DNA from: a virus
Lineage: Duplodnaviria > Caudoviricetes
Virus record (IMG/VR): IMGVR_UViG_3300037311_000506
Coordinates: 1 to 28,258 of that record
Length of the DNA: 28,258 nt
Reading direction: 5' to 3' (one strand)
A program made the translations under genes and the position numbers. This document shows positions 24,816-28,258 of this stretch, piece after piece. Each line of letters opens with the position of its first letter. The stretch's first letter is position 1. The notes beneath the pieces are model-generated. The model saw only the letters and a program-made list of their open reading frames with translations. It ran no database searches and was not told the origin of the DNA.

Positions 24816-25039
24816 TGTCGCACCGCTCCGAGAACTCGGCGGAAGTCCGCGCGCTCCGGGCCTCGCTCTGCTTGGAGCGCGCGCGGGCCTGCGCCTACGT
24901 CGAGCACCTCGCCGAATTCATGACCGCCGAGCAGCTCGCCCACGCCCTCGAACTCTGGGAGCTCAGGTGCGAGGAGTGCGGCCTTTCGCCGCCTTCGCCT
25001 TCTCGGCCGCCGTATCCTTTTCCTTCAGCACCCGTTTAG
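24815..25039 (+). CDS. Small hypothetical protein convergent with the RHH repressor
   Basis: 74 aa, helical; start sits at the motif-defined distance; 3' end overlaps the opposite gene by 77 nt. Confidence 0.55.
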   Translation: MSHRSENSAEVRALRASLCLERARACAYVEHLAEFMTAEQLAHALELWELRCEECGLSPPSPSRPPYPFPSAPV

Positions 25040-25337
25040 TCGTAGCGGTCAGCAGATCGAGCATCTCGCTCGGGGCGGACAGCAGGTCGGCGGCCGCGGC
25101 GGAGCCGGAGGCCACGGGAGCCACCGGCACAATCACGCGCTGACGTATCTCCATGTCCTTGGGCACGCGGCCGAACGCTTCGTGCGCCCGCACAATCGCT
25201 TTCGCGGCTTCGCGGAGCATCTCTTGCACCTCGAAATCGTTCTGACCGGCAACCTCTCGCAAACGCGCTTCCAGTTCGGGAGTAACACGGAAAGGCATTT
25301 GGACGGATTTTTTCGTATCTCGTAAGTCCCGGTTCAT
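24963..25337 (-). CDS. Ribbon-helix-helix regulator, putative repressor (124 aa)
   Basis: KSVQMPFRVTPELEARLREVA...EMLREAAKAIV fits the Arc/CopG RHH pattern; divergent from a second RHH gene. Confidence 0.65.
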   Translation of the reverse strand: MNRDLRDTKKSVQMPFRVTPELEARLREVAGQNDFEVQEMLREAAKAIVRAHEAFGRVPKDMEIRQRVIVPVAPVASGSAAAADLLSAPSEMLDLLTATTKRVLKEKDTAAEKAKAAKGRTPRT

Positions 25338-25357
25338 GCGGTGAATCAAAACCGCAG

Positions 25358-25418
25358 GATGACACCCGATAACTTTAATGTTGAAACCAAAGGTCATCTT
25401 ATGTCATCATTTGTTATC
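25358..25418. promoter_or_regulatory. Operator array of 10-bp-phased hexamers
   Basis: GATGAC 25358 and GATAAC 25368; inverted copies GTCATC 25393, GTCATC 25403, GTTATC 25413; AT-rich divergent intergenic region. Confidence 0.7.
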
Positions 25419-25700
25419 GTGCGAGCCGAATTAAAACTCACCGAGCAAGCCCCGCTGCGGATTACGGCCGAACTGAACGAGCGGCTCGAAAAAGCCTGCG
25501 ACAAGCTCGGCGAGCGCCGGCCGCAGTTCATCCGCCGGGCCATCGTGCAGGAGCTGGATCGCGTGGAGGCGATCCAACCCGCGCTCGATGCCCCCACCCG
25601 CGCCCGCCTCGAAAAGCTCCGCGTGCTCGAGGAGCTGGCCGTCGACGTCGACGCCGAGCTCGAGCGCCTGCTCCAAGCCGCCGGGCAACCCGCGGCCTAA
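25419..25700 (+). CDS. Ribbon-helix-helix (CopG-like) regulator in the Cro position (start GTG 25419 or ATG 25401)
   Basis: APLRITAELNERLEKACDKLGERRPQFIRRAIVQEL fits RHH. Confidence 0.7.
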   Translation: MRAELKLTEQAPLRITAELNERLEKACDKLGERRPQFIRRAIVQELDRVEAIQPALDAPTRARLEKLRVLEELAVDVDAELERLLQAAGQPAA

Positions 25701-25720
25701 ACCTGAACCCGCATCCGATC

Positions 25721-25885
25721 ATGAAAATCAAACTCGGCCAAAAAATCCTCGTCGTCATCCCAGGCCTCTCGGACCTGAGCGAACAGACCGTCACCGGGAT
25801 CGAACGCCTGTTCGGCGCGGTCTACCTCCGGCTGGCGAACGGCTGCCTCGCCCGCCCGTCCGACGTGTTCGCCGTGTATTCCTGA
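25721..25885 (+). CDS. 54-aa hypothetical early protein
   Basis: Hand translation MKIKLGQKILVVIPGLSDLSEQTVTGIERLFGAVYLRLANGCLARPSDVFAVYS*. Confidence 0.6.
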   Translation: MKIKLGQKILVVIPGLSDLSEQTVTGIERLFGAVYLRLANGCLARPSDVFAVYS

Positions 25886-25887
25886 CC

Positions 25888-26025
25888 ATGCACACGCCGA
25901 CGCCGCCGCCCGCCTCGCCCGCGACCCTCCGCCTGATGCTCGCCATCCAGCGCGCGCAGGCCGGAGGCTTTGCCCACCTCGCCGCCGCGCTCGCCCGGCT
26001 GCTCCGCGCCGAACTCGCCCGATGA
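25888..26025 (+). CDS. 45-aa hypothetical early protein
   Basis: MHTPTPPPAS...RAELAR*; coupled to the next gene by ATGA. Confidence 0.55.
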   Translation: MHTPTPPPASPATLRLMLAIQRAQAGGFAHLAAALARLLRAELAR

Positions 26026-26372
26026 AAACGCCCGCCGTCATCCCGCCGCTCGTCGTGGCGCACAACCTCGTCGCCCGCATGGCGCAGGCCGCCGCCCGCG
26101 CGGGCGACACGGGCCGCGCGTGGGTCGCGTCGGGCGTGCAGCGCCTGCTCGGCCGCGAGCTCACCGTGCGCCGCGCAGGCGCCGCGCAGGCGCACGCCAT
26201 CGCCGGGCAGGTTCACACCGCGGAGGATCTGCTCGACGCCGCGCTCGCCGGCGACGGCGTGATCGATGCCGGCGAGGCCGTGCGCCTCCGCGCCGCGCTG
26301 CGCAAGCCGGAGCGCGCGGCCGGCGAACTCGCCGCCACCCTGCACATCCCCGCCGGGGAGCCCGCGCCATGA
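26022..26372 (+). CDS. Hypothetical early protein, weak resemblance to P2/186 CII-family C-termini
   Basis: ATGA-coupled on both sides; AALAGDGVIDAGE motif. Confidence 0.55.
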   Translation: MKTPAVIPPLVVAHNLVARMAQAAARAGDTGRAWVASGVQRLLGRELTVRRAGAAQAHAIAGQVHTAEDLLDAALAGDGVIDAGEAVRLRAALRKPERAAGELAATLHIPAGEPAP

Positions 26373-26647
26373 ACGACGCCGATAGCGCCCGCCTGTTCGT
26401 GCACGTCACCGCGCAGCGCTTCCGCTGGGTGCTGGCGGGCGACGGCCGCGCGCTCGGCGGCGGGTGCGTCGCCACGGCGGAGGAAATCCGCCTGCAACAG
26501 GTCGTCGCGGGCGTGATGGAGGTCGTCTTCTTCTTTGAATACCCGCACCTGCCGCCGGCCGCGCTCCCGCACGCCCCCGAATGGCGCCTCGCCACGCCGG
26601 CCGAAGCGTCGGCCGCGGCGGGAATCTTCTCCGCCCTCGCCGCATGA
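26369..26647 (+). CDS. 92-aa hypothetical early protein
   Basis: MNDADSARLF...; ATGA overlaps on both sides. Confidence 0.55.
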   Translation: MNDADSARLFVHVTAQRFRWVLAGDGRALGGGCVATAEEIRLQQVVAGVMEVVFFFEYPHLPPAALPHAPEWRLATPAEASAAAGIFSALAA

Positions 26648-27051
26648 AACCCGCGGATGCGAAGCAAGTGGCCGAGGCCGTCGTCGCGACGCTGCTCGCG
26701 CGCGGCCTCGTGACCGGGCGGCGGAGCGCGCGCTGGGTGGCCCCGGACGATCCGTCGCTGGTGCCGCCCCGGCTGACCGTCGCGCAATTCGCCGTGTGCG
26801 TCGGCCTCTGCATCGAGGTCGTCCGGCGGCGCATCCGCGACCGCTTCATCGCCCGCGAATTCGTCTTTGGCCCGCCCTACCGGATCGACCGCGCGGCGCT
26901 CGCCAGCTTCAAGGTGCCTTTGGAGCTGGCGGCCGGCCGCCTGCGCTGCGCCGCGTTCGCGGTGGCGCCGGCTGAGCTGGATCGGCGGGTGCGCGCCTTT
27001 CCAGTTCCGCGAGCCACTCGCGCCCCATCGCGTCCGCCGTCTCCGGCGTGA
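26644..27051 (+). CDS. Excisionase-like winged HTH protein
   Basis: LTVAQFAVCVGLCIEVVRRRI...PYRIDRAAL fits the Xis/HTH_17 pattern; adjacent to the integrase. Confidence 0.65.
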   Translation: MKPADAKQVAEAVVATLLARGLVTGRRSARWVAPDDPSLVPPRLTVAQFAVCVGLCIEVVRRRIRDRFIAREFVFGPPYRIDRAALASFKVPLELAAGRLRCAAFAVAPAELDRRVRAFPVPRATRAPSRPPSPA

Positions 27052-28258
27052 TCGTCTCCCACCGCCTCCCCTCCTCGGCCGTCGCGTTCCCCTTGTAATG
27101 ATCCCACAACTTTTGCTGATTCCGGTGGCACAACAGATAGGCCGTCAGGCCGGGATTCGTGCGCGCGGCCAGGTGGTAGGTCGCGAAGCTGTGCCGCAGG
27201 CAATTGTGCGGATGGGGCACGCGCGCGGCGCGGAACAGTTCGCTTTTCAATTCGAGGTATTGGCGTTCCGTCACCGCCGCATCGTCGGGCGCGACCGCGA
27301 GCCAGGTCCACAACACCTCGGGGAAGCCCTCGACGTATTGCCGGCGGCGCGTCTTGATGCTGCGGCTCGGGTGGCGGATGCCGCGGTCTGCCATGTTCAC
27401 GTCCTCGGGGCGCAGGCGGACGGCGCTGCTGTAGCGGATGCCGGCGTAGGTTTCGAGGGCGATGCGGCGGAGCGCGGGCGCGAACCGGCGCGCGCCGCTC
27501 GCGTCCGTGAACGTGGCGCACGTGTGCAGCAATTGCGCGAGCTGCGGCACGGTGAGGATGCCCACGTCGTCACCCGGAAGCAGGCGGGCCGGCAGCCGGG
27601 CGCACGGATTGTCGGCCCGGAGGCGGGCGTTGATGGCGTGCGCAAAGAAGGCGCTGAGCATCTTCCGGTAGTTGTTGAAGGTGGCGGCCGCCATCGGCTC
27701 GCGGGCGGCGAGCCATTTTTTCAGGTCGGTGTCGCGCAGCTCGCCGACCCGCCGCGGGCCGAAGTCCTCGGCGAACAGGTGCAGCGCGTGGCGGCGATGG
27801 CGGTAGGAATCGGCCGCCGCTTCGCCCCGCTCGACGCGCGCGGCGAACTCGCGCAGATACTCGGCGACGTGGGCGGCGACAGTGGTCGCGTTGACCACGA
27901 CGCCGGAGCTGGTCAACTGCGCGCGCCACGCGGCGACGACCTCGGGCCAAGGCGCGCCGTCGGTGGCGGCCTTGAACGCGTGCCAGTCGTCAATCTCGCG
28001 CCGGCTGAGGGTGCGCAGCGCGCCCTCGCGCCGGGCCTTGCGGAGCTGCGCGGCGCGGGCGGCGCACAACTCGACCGTGGGGAAAAACTGTTTGCGCACA
28101 GTGCGGACCTCGCGGCCTTCCTCGGGGCGCCAGACGCGCTCGGCCCATTCGACGCCGTAGGGATTCGGCCGGCCAAGGCGCGGCGGCAAGAGGCGGACGC
28201 CGCGGGTGGAATCTTGGGGCGTGTTTCCCGCGCTCCGCGGGGTGCGTTCGGATTGCAT
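26909..28258 (-). CDS. int: Tyrosine recombinase / phage integrase (449 aa)
   Basis: SAM-like TFNNYRKMLSAFF...NP; catalytic AGIR, KT, HNCLRHSFATY and CH...HY. Confidence 0.93.
   Translation of the reverse strand: MQSERTPRSAGNTPQDSTRGVRLLPPRLGRPNPYGVEWAERVWRPEEGREVRTVRKQFFPTVELCAARAAQLRKARREGALRTLSRREIDDWHAFKAATDGAPWPEVVAAWRAQLTSSGVVVNATTVAAHVAEYLREFAARVERGEAAADSYRHRRHALHLFAEDFGPRRVGELRDTDLKKWLAAREPMAAATFNNYRKMLSAFFAHAINARLRADNPCARLPARLLPGDDVGILTVPQLAQLLHTCATFTDASGARRFAPALRRIALETYAGIRYSSAVRLRPEDVNMADRGIRHPSRSIKTRRRQYVEGFPEVLWTWLAVAPDDAAVTERQYLELKSELFRAARVPHPHNCLRHSFATYHLAARTNPGLTAYLLCHRNQQKLWDHYKGNATAEEGRRWETITPETADAMGREWLAELERRAPADPAQPAPPRTRRSAGGRPPAPKAP

Larger units (their letters stand above)
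1..28258. mobile_element. Temperate siphovirus-like prophage segment (packaging, head, tail, lysis-position genes, switch, integrase); both ends probably lie outside the window
   Basis: Canonical order terminase-portal-protease-capsid-neck-tail-TMP-tip-holin-like, plus regulators, Xis-like HTH and tyrosine integrase. No att site or replication genes seen in the window. Confidence 0.93.

Noticed and set aside
1-28258. Gene transfer agent interpretation
   Set aside because: Linked integrase, Xis-like gene, switch and variable morons favour a prophage; a GTA cannot be fully excluded without the flanks.

Overview
The whole window is part of a GC-rich temperate siphovirus-like prophage with a lambda-type head module. 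Its SD-less pyrimidine-rich leaders, integrase style and exported-protein domains suggest a Verrucomicrobia/Opitutaceae-like host (inference). On the + strand the order is: terminase small (partial) and large (GpA family), head-completion protein, portal, S49 protease, scaffold, major capsid, neck genes, tail tube with Ig domain, chaperone, short tape measure, two tail-tip genes, and a lysis-position cluster with no recognisable endolysin. Then come a divergent pair of ribbon-helix-helix regulators, small early genes, an excisionase-like HTH and a convergent tyrosine integrase. Five slots carry accessory (moron) genes: a PIN toxin-antitoxin-like pair; a membrane protein plus secreted lipase; a lipoprotein; antisense small ORFs; and two membrane proteins. 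Three signals stand out. (1) A six-copy TTTGACA-N13-purine element with no -10 box sits where the late operon resumes after four morons and at two other gene starts, and predicts a non-canonical, often leaderless promoter. (2) Duplicated, chimeric gene-end/gene-start scars suggest morons were stacked in tandem. (3) The switch uses two RHH proteins with 10-bp-phased operator hexamers. No RNA genes or CRISPR arrays were seen. All calls come from reading motifs and synteny; no database searches were run.
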